From NCBI RefSeq assembly GCF_009914755.1, contig NC_060931.1: a DNA stretch of 64,000 nt; one strand, given 5' to 3'. How positions within the stretch are numbered: the first letter of the stretch is position 1; each line of letters opens with the position of its first letter. A program made the translations under genes and the position numbers. Source of the DNA: the human T2T-CHM13v2.0 reference genome, Homo sapiens. Of the stretch, positions 29,813 to 50,715 are shown piece after piece. Below the pieces are notes generated by a model that saw only the letters and a list, made by a program, of their open reading frames with translations, was not told the origin of the DNA and ran no database searches.

Positions 29813-30366
29813 GCTTAGGAATAGGCACACAGACCAATGGAACTAATGGACAGAGCCCCCCAACCCCCAAGTCAAAAGAATTGAGGTTTATTCCCCGTCT
29901 TGTCTTTAATGCACTGGGGGCCTTTGGTGATTAGTGGACAACTTCAGCCTGCATATCAACTGGAGCACTAAAGGGCTTACTCATATACACTAACTCAAGT
30001 TCAAAAACTGGCTATTGTTGAGGAAGAGCCAAACAAGTTGCAATTGAATTAACACTTAATGCATTCAAGTGGCTCGTTATAAAGCCCAAATAGTTGTAAG
30101 ATTTAACTCTTGATATACTAGTTATCATGGTTGTGTGATATTTTTTCCTGTCTGCTAAAGTTAATTGTCATCTATAAAACTCTAAACTTACATCCTTTTA
30201 TTCTTTGTCTAGAAATTATCTCAGGAAATTAACCTATATAAATTCTGGCTATAAACAATGTTCACCATAATGTTATTTATAATGGCTCCCAAATTTAAAG
30301 GACCATAAATATCCACAAATGTGATATTTGTTAAATAAAGTTGAAATAAGATATAATGGGAGATGA

Positions 30367-30799
30367 CCTTTTATTATTATTAATTTTTACTTTTCAAATT
30401 TTAAATTGAAGAATTATAGATGTATATATTTATGGATTACAAAGTAATGTTATGATTTATGAATAAACGTGGAATAATTAAAACTAATTAACATATCTAT
30501 CACCTGAAATGTTTATTTTTTTGCGGTGACAACATTTAAAATTTACTCTCTTAGTGATTCTGGAATGTATAATACATCATGTTTTATGATATTCACCATG
30601 CTGTGCAATATATCTCAAAGGAAAAAAATCCTTATTAGTCCTATTTGAGGCTTTCTGCCCTTTCACCATCATCTTCCCTTCTCTCCCACCCTCCCAGCCT
30701 CTGGTAGCCACCATCCTACTCTCTGCTTATTTGTGTCTGATTATCTTAGATTCCATGTTTGAGCACATGTGCTATTTGTCTTTCTGTGCCTAGCTTATG
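30367..30799 (-). mobile_element. L1MA-type 3' end
   Basis: AACATTTAAAATTTACTCTCTTAG..CACCATGCTGTGCAATA; TSD TGGGAGATGA at 30357-30366 and 30800-30809. Confidence 0.8.
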
Positions 30800-30829
30800 T
30801 GGGAGATGATTTTTTTTTAATGAAAAAAT

Positions 30830-33800
30830 GCCAGCAAAAATGGTAGTAGGAAACTCGAAGGGCCCATCGCTCAATAGAAACCCCGAAAAGACTAGAAAAC
30901 ACTGTCAGAATCAACTTTGTCAGAACTCTGAAAAATTATCAGACTTAAAGCAGCCAAGCAAATGCTTAACCAAAAAAGGGGTAACTAAAACCTGGTAAGA
31001 GAGCTTTGTGGCATTTTAACTTACCTTTGTTTCCACCCCCTCTAGTGCGATGGCATTGAAGATGACAATCCAGTTCCTGATGTGTGTTCCTCGTGATGGT
31101 GGGAGCAAAGTGAATTTTGTTTTCAAATAACTGTCATTGTCAGTTTTGACCTATCAAGTGGCTCCCTGAAACACTAACACAGAAAGCATGCCTCTATTGT
31201 GCTTAACTTGGAACTCTCTCAGGGTTGAGAAATGGCTATGAAACTGAACAGCTACTGTCACTTAGGGCAAAGGAGATCAGTTGGGGTAAACAATAGACAC
31301 ACTGAAAAGCCTGGGAAGAAAAGCTGGGTAGTAAGATGTTTTGGAGTATAAAGACTTCAAAAAGGTTTTTAAAATTATGGAAATTTAGTCATACGCATGC
31401 CCAGGATGGGCACATACTCCTAATATATCTGAGAACATCCTAAGCTTTTACCTCTGGCTGACCTTCAAGTTCCACATAGGCAGGAAATGAAGGCAAAGGC
31501 AGAGTTGTAAACTTTCCAGCTGAATAGTTAAAGTGTGCACTAACATAAACACAAATACACACAGAGCTCAGTTCCAAAAGACTAGAAGGCTTCATTTGTT
31601 TGTTTTGTGTTCGTGTGTGTGATTCCAAGTGTTTAAGGAAATCTGTCAAGTCACTAGCTAACCACTAAGTTAATAGAATAGAGATTTTAGAGACCACACA
31701 TGACAAAGAATATAGTCTTTACAAAAATGGTTTAGAAAATTGACTTAACAAATAAATATAACCCACCACAAGTAGCAACAAGAAACCCTGGGAAAGGGGG
31801 AGAGTCTGATTTCTAGATTTCCCATATTATAATATTCAAAATGCCCTGTTTTTTTTTGTTTGAAATTATGAGGCATGCAAAGAAACAAGAAAGTATGGCC
31901 CATTCACAGGAACAAAAGAAATTAACAGAAACTATCCCTGAGGAAGCCCAGCCATTGGACTTAATACACAAAGCTTTTAAAGCAATTGTCTTAAATATGC
32001 CCAAAGAGTTAAAGAAAGCCATGGACTAAGAACTAACAAAAATTGAGATTAATTCTCAATAAACATAGAATATCAATAAGGAGCTAGAGCTTATAAAAAG
32101 GAACCAAATGGAAATTCTGGAGATGAAAAGTACAATAACTGAAATGAAAAATTCACTAGAGGGACTCAGTAGCAGATCTGAGCAAGCAAAAGAAAAAGTA
32201 AATTTGAAAGTAAGTTAATGGAAAGTATTCAGTTGGTGAGCAAGGGAAAAAAAGGAACAAGGAAAAATGAACGGCACCTCAGAGTGCCATGTGACACTAT
32301 CAAGCTTACCAACATAAGTATAATGATGGACCAGGGGTAAGGGGAGAAAGGAACAAAAATAATATTTTAAAAAATAATGGCCAAAAATGTCCCAAATTTG
32401 ATGAAAGACATAGATCTATACCTCCAAGTAGCTGAACAAACTCTAAATAGAATAAACTCAAAGAGTTTCACAGTCAGATACATTATAATCAAACTGTTCA
32501 AAGACAAAGAGTGTTTTTTAAAGCATTAAGAGGCAAGCAATTTGTTATGTACCGGGGATCCTCAATAGGATCAACAACTGGTATCTCATCGGAAACCATG
32601 GAGGCCAGAAGGCAGTGGAATGAGATATTTAAAGTGCTGAAAGAAAAAACTATCAGCTAAGAGAGCCATATCTAGAAAAACCATCCTTCAAAAGTGAAGG
32701 ATATATTAGGGCATTTCCAGATAAAAGCTGAGGAAATTCATCACTCTGCTTATAGACCTGCCCTATAAGAAAATCCAAAATGAGTCCTTCAGGCTGAAAT
32801 GAAGGGCACTAGATAGTAACTTGAAGCCATACAAATATATAAAGAACACTAGTAAAAAGAATTAAATATGTAAATATAAGAGCCAGTATTATTGTATTTT
32901 TGGTTTGTAATTCCTTTTTTAAATGACTTAAAAATCCACAAAACAATAATTATAAATCTATGTTCATAGACACACTACGTATAAAGATGTAATCTGTGAT
33001 GATAACAAGACAAAGGGTAAGGGACAGAAGTATATAGGAGAGTTCTTTATCCGATTGAAGCTCAGTTGATATTAATTAAAACTATGTTGTTGTACATATA
33101 AGATATATAATTGTAATCCCTAGGGTAACCACTAAGAAAATACTTGTTTAAAGATAAAGAAAAGCAAAAGTAAAATCAAAACAGTGCACTAGGAAAAAAA
33201 TCAGCTAAACACAAATGTAGGCAGTCATAGAGGAAATGAGGAACAAAAAAGATATAAGACATGTAGAAGACAAGTAGCAAAATGGCAGAAGTAGATCCTT
33301 CCTTATCATCAATTATTTTAAATGTAAATTGATTAAACTCTCCAATTAAGAGACAGAGATTGGCAGAAGGGATTTAAAAAAACTGACCCAACTTGTACTG
33401 TCTACAAAATACTCACATTAGATTCAAAGGAACAAATAGGTTGAAAGTGAAAGTATGGAAGAAATATATTCCTTGCAAACAGTAGCCAAAAGACAGTGGG
33501 ACTTCTTATATTAATGTCAGATAAATTGATTTTAGGTCAAAATTGTTACAAGAGACAAAGAAGGATATTATATATAGACAATGTCAATATATCAAGAAGA
33601 TATAACAATTATAAATTTATACCCACCTAACTACAGAGCCCCAAGATATATTAAGCAAAAATTGACATAATTGGAGGGAGAAATAGGAAATATTACTAAT
33701 TGTTGGAGACTTCAATTCCCCACTTTCAACAGTGGGTGAAACAACTAGCCAGAAGATTAATAGGGATATAAAGGATTGGAAGAACACTATAAACCAACTA

Positions 33801-34400
33801 GACCTAATAGACATATACAGAACATGCCACACAACAACACATATGCACATACAACATTCTCCAGGATAGACCATATGTTAGGCTGCAAAATGAATATTAA
33901 CAGATTTTAAAACATTGAAATTATAGGCCGGTTGTGGTGGCTCACACCTGTAATCCCAGCACTTTGGGAGGCTGAGGCAGGTGGACCACTTGAGGTCAGG
34001 AGTTCAAGACCAGCCTGGCCAACATGGTGAAAACCTGTCTCTACTAAAAATATGGAAATTAGCCAGGTGTGGTGGTGTACACCTGTAATTCCACCTACTT
34101 GGGAGGCTGAGGTGGAGGATCACTTGAACCCAAGAGGCGGAGCTTGCAGTAAGCCGAGATTGCACCACTGCACTCCAGCCTGGGTGACAGAGCAAGACTC
34201 CATGTTTTTAAAAAAAACAAAAAAGAAAAAAAGGAAATTATACAAATTATCTTCTGTGACCAAAATGGAATAAAATTAGAAATCAATAATAGAAGGAAAT
34301 GACACTTCACAAGTATATAGAAATTAACACAATCTTAAGCAACTACAATTACAATGGGAAATTAGAAAATACTTTGATATGAATGAGAATGAAAACATGA
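30830..34400 (+). mobile_element. Old L1M 5' region, ORF1 and ORF2 start (decayed)
   Basis: ORF1-like QESMAHSQEQKKLTETIPEEAQ; GAAACCATGGAGGCCAGAAGGCAGTGG; endonuclease start near 33280. Confidence 0.78.
33926..34233 (+). mobile_element. AluS (Sx/Sz type)
   Basis: Full dimer; TSD GAAATTATA at 33917-33925 and 34234-34242. Confidence 0.92.
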
Positions 34401-34475
34401 TCCAAGGACTCTAATGGATTAAATATAACCACTAAAACGTATATGCAAGTATATGCATTGATATAGAAAAATGTT

Positions 34476-34551
34476 GGCCTGGTGCAGTGGCTCATGCCTA
34501 TAATCCCAGCACTTTGGCAGGCTGAGGTGGGCAGATTGCTTGAGCATGGGA
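34476..34551 (+). mobile_element. FLAM / Alu left monomer, 5' part (rest at 40704-40787)
   Basis: Alu left-arm sequence broken at TTGAGCATGGGA and resuming after the L1 with ..AGCAGCCTAGGCAAC..GACCCTGTCTCT and a (TAAA)n tail. Confidence 0.85.
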
Positions 34552-34766
34552 ATTTTTTTTTTTTATACTTTGAGTTTTAGGGTACATGTGTACAATGTGC
34601 AGGTTAGTTACATATGTATACATGTGCCATGCTGGTGCGCTGCACCCACTAACTCGTCATCTAGCATTAGGTATATCTCCCATTGCTGTCCCTCCCCCCT
34701 CCCCCCACCCCACAACAGTCCCCAGAGTGTGATGTTCCCCTTCCTGTGTCCATGTGTTCTCATTGT

Positions 34767-38593
<3,827 letters not shown>

Positions 38594-38656
38594 TATGATG
38601 TTAGCTGGTGATTTTGTTCAGTAGTTGATGCAGTTTCTTCCTAGTCTCGATGGTCT

Positions 38657-39670
38657 TTACATTTTGGCATGATTTTGCAGCGGCTGGTACCGGTTTTTCC
38701 TTTCCATGTTTAGTGCTTCCTTCAGGAGCTCTTTTAGGGCAGGCCTAGTGGTGACAAAATCTCTCATCATTTGCTTGTCTGTAAAGTATTTTATTTCTCC
38801 TTCACTTATGAAGCTTAGTTTGGCTGGATATGAAATTCTGGGTTGAAAATTCTTTTCTTTCAGAATGTTGAATATTGGCCCCCACTCTCTTCTGGCTTGC
38901 AGAGTTTCTGCCGAGAGATCCGCTGTTAGTCTGATGGGCTTCCCTTTGTGGGTAACCCGACCTTTCTCTCTGGCTGCCCTTAACATTTTTTCCTTCATTT
39001 CAACTTTGGTGAATCTGACAATTATGTGTCTTGGAGTTGCTCTTTTCGAGGTGTATCTTTGTGGCGTTCTCTGTATTTCCTGAATCTGAACGTTGGCCTG
39101 ACTTGCTAGATTGGGGAAGTTCTCCTGGATGATATCCTGCAGAGTGTTTTCCAACTTGGTTCCATTCTCCCCGTCACTTTCAGGTACACCAATCAGACGT
39201 AGATTTGGTCTTTTCACATAGTCCCATATTTCTTGGAGGCTTTGTTCATTTCTTTTTATTCTTTTTTCTCTAAACTTCCCTTCTCGCTTCATTTCATTCA
39301 TTTCATCTTCCATCGCTGATACCCTTTCTTCCAGTTGATCGTGTTGGCTCCTGAGGCTTCTGCATTCTTCACGTAGTTCTCAAGCCTTGGCTTTCAGCTC
39401 CATCAGCTCCTTTAAGCACTTGTCTGTATTGGTTATTCTAGTTATACATTCGTCTAAATTTTTTTCAAAGTTTTTAACTTCTCTGCCTTTGGTTTGAATT
39501 TCCTCCTGTAGCTCGTAGTTTGATCGTCTGAAGCCTTCTTCTCTCAACTCGTCAAAGTCATTCTCCATCCAGCTTTGTTCCATTGCTGGTGAGGAACTGC
39601 GTTCCTTTGGGGGAGGAGAGGCTCTCTGCTTTTTAGCATTTCCAGTTTTTCTGCTCTGTTTTTTCCCCAT
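38657..39670 (-). pseudogene. ORF1: L1 ORF1 with one premature stop
   Basis: MGKKQSRKTGN...LQNHAKM*; a single in-frame TGA at 39380-39382. Confidence 0.94.
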
Positions 39671-40246
39671 CTTTGTGGTTTTATCTACTTTTGGTCTTTG
39701 ATGATGGTGATGTACAGATGGGTTTTTGGTGTGGATGTCGTTTCTGTTTGTTAGTTTTCCTTCTAACAGACAGGACCCTCAGCTGCAGGTCTGTTGGAGT
39801 TTGCTAGAGGTCCACTCCAGACCCTGTTTGCCTGGGTATCAGCAGCGGTGTTTGCAGAAGAGCGGATTTTCATGAACCGCGAATGCTGCTGTCTGATCGT
39901 TCCTCTGGAAGTTTTGTCTCAGAGGAGTACCCGGCCATGTGAAGTGTCAGTCTGCCTCTACTGGGAGGTGCCTCCCAGTTAGGCTGCTCAGGGGTCAGGG
40001 ACCCACTTGAGGAGGCAGTCTGCCCATTCTCAGATCTCCAGCTGCGTGCTGGGAGAACCACTGCTCTCTTCAAAGCTGTCAGACAGGGACATTTAAGTCT
40101 GCAGAGGTTACTGCTGTCTTTTTGTTTGTCTGTGCCCTGCCCCCAGAGGTGGAGCCTACAGAGGCAGGCAGGCCTCCTTGAGCTGTGGTGGGCTCCACCC
40201 AGTTCGAGCTTCCTGGCTGCTTTGTTTATCTAAGCAAGCCTGGGCA

Positions 40247-40423
40247 ATGGTGGGTGCCCCTCCCCCAGCCTCCCTGCCACCTTGCAGTTTGATCTCAGAC
40301 TGCTGTGCCAGCAATCAGCAAGACTCCCTGGGCATAGGACCCTCCGAGCCAGGTGTGGGATATAATCTCCTGGCGCGCTGTTTTTTAATCTGTCAGAAAA
40401 GCTCAGTATTCGTGTGGGAATGA
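40247..40423 (+). CDS. ORF0: L1 antisense ORF0, frameshifted C-terminus (58 aa)
   Basis: MVGAPPPASLPPCSLISDCCASNQQDS..GPSEPG matches the primate L1 ORF0 N-terminus; the TRFSR C-terminal part lies in another frame. Confidence 0.7.
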   Translation: MVGAPPPASLPPCSLISDCCASNQQDSLGIGPSEPGVGYNLLARCFLICQKSSVFVWE

Positions 40424-42179
40424 CCCGATTTTCCAGGTCCCGTCTGTCACCCCTTTATTTGACTAGGAAAGGGAACTCCCTGACCCCTTGCACTTCCCAA
40501 GTGAAGCAATGCCTCTCCCTGCTTCAGCTCGCACATGGTGCGCTGCACCCACTGTCCTGCGCCCACTGTCTGGCACTCCCTAGTGAGATGAACCTGGTAC
40601 CTCAGATGGAAATGCAGATACCACCGGTCTTCTGCATCGCTCACGCTGGGAGCTGTAGACCAGAGCTGTTCCTGTTCGGCCATCTTGGCTCCTCCCCTGA
40701 AAATTGAGCATGGGATTTTAAGAGCAGCCTAGGCAACGTAGCAAGACCCTGTCTCTAAAATAAATAAATAAATAAATAAATAATAAACTGAAAATATATG
40801 TAATTTTTTTAGTGTTGACATTACATCAAGTTTAAAAAGAAAAGGTCCAGCTGCAAAATATAGGTGTGTACAGAAGGATTTCTTCAAAATGCCTCAGACA
40901 CATGTATTCACAGAAACAGAAGAGCATCTAAACAGTTACACAGCAGAAGTCCATTTTGGTTATCTTTAATTGATCATTTCAGATATTGTACTTACTTTTT
41001 TCTTCCTGTTTTTCTGTATTTTCTAATTTTCCCCAATGGATATGTATTACTTAAGTATATTTTAAATGAAATTTTAAAAAACAAAATGTAATGAAAAATA
41101 AATAGGTGCTGTTATGAGAAAATAATTGGACATGTGGGTTTTGATAGGATTCTGTTGTAATTTTTTAAAACATAAAGTCATTGAAACAAGCAGATAAAAA
41201 AATGAAATAGAGATTACTTAAAACCAGGAAATCTCAACAAAATTATTACATAATGTAAGCTTTTGAAGAATTTTTCAATCAGAATATTTAGCTACTGCCC
41301 TAATATCTCTTTGATGTGATTTACAGTTGGATAACAGGCTTCAAGGAGAAAGTAAACATACCCTAACATTAAGATGCAATATTTCAGGTGAATGATTATT
41401 TCACTACCAGTATTTGGAGCAGCCATTTCAGGATGATTGATCCTCTGGGAAAAAGAAAGAAATTTCCCGTCTTTGGCAACCTGGAGCTCTTTAGGGCTCT
41501 CAGCAGTGCTTGCTTTCTTTTTACATTGTTGGAAATCCAGTTGTATTAGATTAGCTGCAAGGATTAAAGTGTTACGGGAATGAAATATCCAAATATATTT
41601 TCTCTCTGAAGCCTTGTCTTTATTCTGATATAAGGAAAGTTTTATCATCTCAAAGTCCCTGTAAATTTAGTAAGGGAAAAACTCAAGTCATAAAATGTAA
41701 ATCAAATCATAAAGTATGGACTTAAATGGCAACGGAAAAGCAAGAGGAGGCCTCTTTCTTTTTTTTTTTTTATTTCTGACATTATTACCAAATATGGATC
41801 CTCTTTATGAAAGAATTAAGCTTGAGAACAGAGCCGAGAACAGGGACACTGACAGCACTCTTTCTGTTATTTTCTGTAATATAAGATGCTACTCTATAGG
41901 CAAGTTTTAAAAAATCCAATTTAAAACACACAAGAATAATATGAGGATTAGTCTATGTTTGCAAAACACCTTAAATTTCTGAGAAGAAATTCAGTTCTGC
42001 ATGATCCCTGACATTTCTGAACCCCGCAGCCTGTTTCTCACTAGCTTTGTTCTCAGAAAATAGGACCTCAGCTACCAGTGTGCTGCGTTTTCTAGTTTTC
42101 CTTGGTATTTAGCTAAGGGATGAGCCTTCCCCATTTTTGTATGTAAATTATTCCTGCCTCTTTGACCACAAGAAGGAAC

Positions 42180-42490
42180 TTTTTTTAACTTTTATTTTAA
42201 GTTCAGGGGTACAAGTACAGGTTTGTTACATAGGTAAACGTGTGTCATGGGGTTTGTTGTACAGATTATTTCATCACCCAGGTATTAAGCCTAGTACCCA
42301 TTAGTTATTTTTCCTGATCCTCTCCCTCCTCCCACCCTCCACCCTCCAAAAGGCCCCAGTGTGTGTTGTTCCCCTCTCTGTGTCCATGTGTTCCTATCAT
42401 TTAGCTCCCACTTATAAGTGAGAACATGCGGTACTTGGTTTTCAGTTCCTGCGTTAGTTTGCTAAGGATAATGGCCTCCAGAACCATCTG
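42180..42490 (-). mobile_element. L1PA13-type 3' fragment
   Basis: GTACAGATTATTTCATCACCCAGGTATTAAGCCTAGTACCC; imperfect TSD AAGAAGGAAC / AAGAAAGAAC. Confidence 0.85.
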
Positions 42491-44002
42491 AAGAAAGAAC
42501 CATTTAAGTGTGTTGACTGTAATTTAGATCTGTTTTATGACAAACAGTAACATGACATTGCATATCAAATTCAGGAATGAAAAACATGACAATTTGCAAT
42601 GTCCCAGAACTACCTAGAGAGAAATTTCTGATTTCCTTCCACAGGTGGGGCCCTGAAAAATCTCAGGAAAATTGATCTGGCTTTCTCAGAATTCCAAAGG
42701 ATGCTTCTGACTTGCACTATTGTAAGAAGAGCTACCCGACTACAATCTTTTGTTTGTTTCTATCCTCTTTCATTAGACTGTGGACATTTTCACAGTCAGT
42801 AACATTTTCTAACATATCCCATTGCCTTGCATGTATTAGACTCAGTGAATTTTGTGAGTTTATGTTTCTAATGATTCCCTGCACAGCAGGAAATCCAAAT
42901 AGACAATAGTAGCAGAATCTAGTGATTAGGCCAAAGTGTAGGCCCTTCTTTGAATGGCTGTGTGGTGTCAGCTGACAAGACCAGTAGCAAAATCACAGAA
43001 GCTTCTTCATGAGGTGACACTGTCATTTCATCACCTTCAGACTAATAGCTCTTTAGTGCTTCACCTGTTAGTATTCACTCATCTCAGTTTCTACCATAAA
43101 TACAGTTTTTGTAATAAGATTAACTTCCATTATCTTTTTAAGAAACCATATGTGATATTAGATTTTTTTAAGTAACACAGACCAATAGAAAAAATATTTG
43201 TTGCCCCCAAACACTGGAATATAGTTTTGGGGGACAATAAACATTTTATTCAAAATAGTTTTGGAGGACAATGAATATTTTGTTCAATATAAGTTGAATA
43301 TTTACGAGGGAGTGTAGTATTGAGTATATTTTTCCTTCTGTTGAACCCTATTATTCCAATTCCAGAAATCAGAGAGTAAGTGTAGAAAGAGTGTGCATGA
43401 CACATAATAATGTTGTACCTTATTTAGTCAATAATATTGAATTTATGAGAAATTAATATGTAAATAATTCCAGCAGCATAAGTTTGGGGGCTATTATGTG
43501 GGTCTGTTTCTTAATTCTCTATTTGATTCCATTGGTTAATTTATCAATTCCTGTGATGATTCCACACTGCCAGAGTTTTATACTCTGTCTTGATATCTAG
43601 CAGGGCATAGTCTTATATTTGGGTAGATGCCAAAATTAGAGCTGTTTCTTTTTTCTGAACTACATGTACTTTGATTCCTTTTAATAAATGCAGTAAAATG
43701 GAAATTACACATCAGAACACAGACGTTAGTCAGAGAGTTTCAATTTCCCTCTATTTCTTATCAAGTAGAATGCCAGGCAATACCCATATATTTCCTGTTC
43801 TTGCAATTCTCCAATAAATGTGAGATTCTTCAACAATCTGAGCTGTTCAGACCCTCAGGGATGGCATTAATCTCTTGTTAGTCTCCAAACTGTCCATGCT
43901 GGAGGGAACAACTGAAGGGTTATCCACACTTGCAGCTAAGTTTCTGCAGGCATGGCTGGGCTGTGAATTACAGAGATTTTTCTCATTCATGAACATTCCA
44001 CA

Positions 44003-48380
<4,378 letters not shown>

Positions 48381-48382
48381 TA

Positions 48383-49530
48383 TACCTTTATTTACTAAAA
48401 ATGCCTTTATTATTTCCAAAGTTGTCTATAAAATTTTTTGTTCCTAAGTACATTGTACTATTTATTGCTATTTTGAGTGGAATATTTTCTTTTAATATTT
48501 TTACCAGCTGGTTATTGATCATGCACAGGAAAATTCTTGATTTTTTAGTCTTTTGGAAGATAATCTTACTGAAGAAAAAGTTCATCTGCAGAAAACTTTG
48601 TAGCTCAATAAAGTCTCACAAGCTCAATTCATACCTGTAACTAGCAACCAGGTGAAGAAAAGATGCCTGCCTCATATTCTCTTCCCACCACTGCCTTCAC
48701 CCCAAGGGTAACTTCTTTCTTAACTTCTAGCACCATGCAATAATTTCACCTGCTTTAAATTTCATATAAATAAACTCATACACTACAAAATCTTTAGTGT
48801 CTGGCTTCTTTCATCCCACATTCTGTTTTCAAGATTCATCCTTATTGTATAAAGTTGGCATTTATGTATTCTTAATGCTGAATTGTATTTTATTTTGCTA
48901 ATATACCACAATTTAGTTATCTATGCTATTTTATGGGGATTGGATGGTACTTGCATGAACATTATTGAACATGTCTTGTACATTTAAACTTATTTATGCA
49001 TTTTTATTGGTTTACATATCCAGGAATAGAATAGCTTATTAATAGATTTCATATATACTGCCAGATATCTACAGGGGATGAACGAATTTATAGTACCACC
49101 AGGAGTGTATGAGAATTAGTACTTAACCCACAGTGTTCCAGTTCTGCACCCTTGCCAACATGTGGTACTGAGTACATTTTTCATCTTCATTTTAGTCATT
49201 TAATGTAATAGCAGCCTTTGCTTTAATTTTGCATTTCCCTGAAAACTAGTGAAGTCAGGCACATTTTCAAATGTGTACCAACCATTTGAAAATCACTTGT
49301 GGAGGGCCTGCTCAAGCTTTCCATTCATTTTTCTTTTGTGTCTATCTTTTTATTGCTTTGCAAGAATTCTTTTTATGTCTTAGATATGAGTTCTTTGTCA
49401 GTTGTATGCATTGCTAATATATTCTCCCTTTGAGGATAGACTTTATCCACCTTAGCAGTGTCTTTTGCTATAATCTAATTTATCATTTTCATCTTTATTG
49501 TTATTGCTTTTTGTGATTGGCTTAAAAAAT
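48383..49530 (-). mobile_element. Old L1ME-type fragments
   Basis: Antisense L1M 3' motifs (GTGTCTGGCTTCTTTCA; ATATACCACAATTT; TTTGCATTTCCCTGA). Boundaries approximate. Confidence 0.65.
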
Positions 49531-50109
49531 CTCATCTCTGCACATGTACCCCAGAACTTAAAGTATAATAAAAAAAAAAGTTGTGTATTCCAAGTTTATG
49601 ATAACATTCAAGCTATTGATTTTTATATGCCATTCCTATATCTGGCCACCTTATTAAACTTTCTTATTGGTTCCAATAGTTCATAAGATGAGATTCTTGT
49701 TTTTTTACTTTTTAGATAGATAATCATATCATCTAAAAATCATTGACTATTTTGGTCTTGCTTTTCATATTTATTACAAAGTAACTGAAACACAGTTCTA
49801 AAATTAGCCTATATAACACAAGAATATATTATTTTATATACCAGGAAATTTCAAGACAGAGTCACTTCAGGTAGAGCATGTCAAGCCCCAGCTCTGCTTT
49901 TATGAAAGTCCCCTTGCTTTGCTATCCTCCTATATTGACTTTATCCTCAGGCTTTTGGCCAAATGTTGCTTAATCCTCAGGCTTAAGTCCAGGTTTGCTA
50001 AGAAATTTGTAGAAATTTCATCATGATTGAATGTTAAATATGATTAAATGCATTTTCTACAGCTATTGAGGTAATACTGTTCTATTTTTTAAAGTGCTAA
50101 TTAACATAC

Positions 50110-50469
50110 TACTATGGTCTTAGTATTGTGCCTCCCCAAAATTCCTCTGTTGAAACCTAATCACTAATGTGATGGCATTAGGAGGTATTGTCGTTGGGTG
50201 GTGATTAGATAATGAGAATGGAGCTCTCATAATTGAGATTAGTGCCCTTATGTTAAAAGACCCCAAAGAGTTGACTTGCTCCTTCTACCATGTGAGGACA
50301 TAGTCAGAAAGTGCCATCTGTGAACCAGAAAGCAGGTCCTCACCAGATACTGAATCTGCTGGCACCTTGATCTTAGACTTTCCAGCCTCCAGACTATGAG
50401 AAATAAATTCCTGTTGTACATAAGCTATCCAGTCTGTGGTATTTTGTTATAGCAGTCTGAACAAAGACA
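50110..50469 (+). mobile_element. MLT1A-type solo LTR
   Basis: CCATGTGAGGACA..GAATCTGCTGGCACCTTGATCTT..CAGCCTCCAGA..GGTATTTTGTTATAGCAG; TSD CATAC at 50105-50109 and 50470-50474. Confidence 0.87.
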
Positions 50470-50715
50470 CATACCGGTTTCTAGTTTTGAACTATCCTTG
50501 AATTCCTCAGATATACGTATTCCTAATATTTTGTTCTTTTCATCTCCTGCTGGATTTAGTTTGCCAATATGTGACATAACATTTTGGATTCCTTGTTAAT
50601 ATGGAATAGGCTTATAATTTTCTTTCCTTGTGTGGTCCTTAGCTTAATTTAAAGTGGCATAATTCCTATGCCACTTTTCCTATGTCTTGGAGCAAATAGA
50701 TAAATTAGCAGTTAT

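Noticed and set aside
29813-29860. Possible 5' inversion at the end of the L1PB fragment (sense AATAGGCACACAGACCAATGGAAC)
   Set aside because: Only ~25-40 bp match and I found no TSD, so it cannot be told apart from an unrelated L1 scrap.
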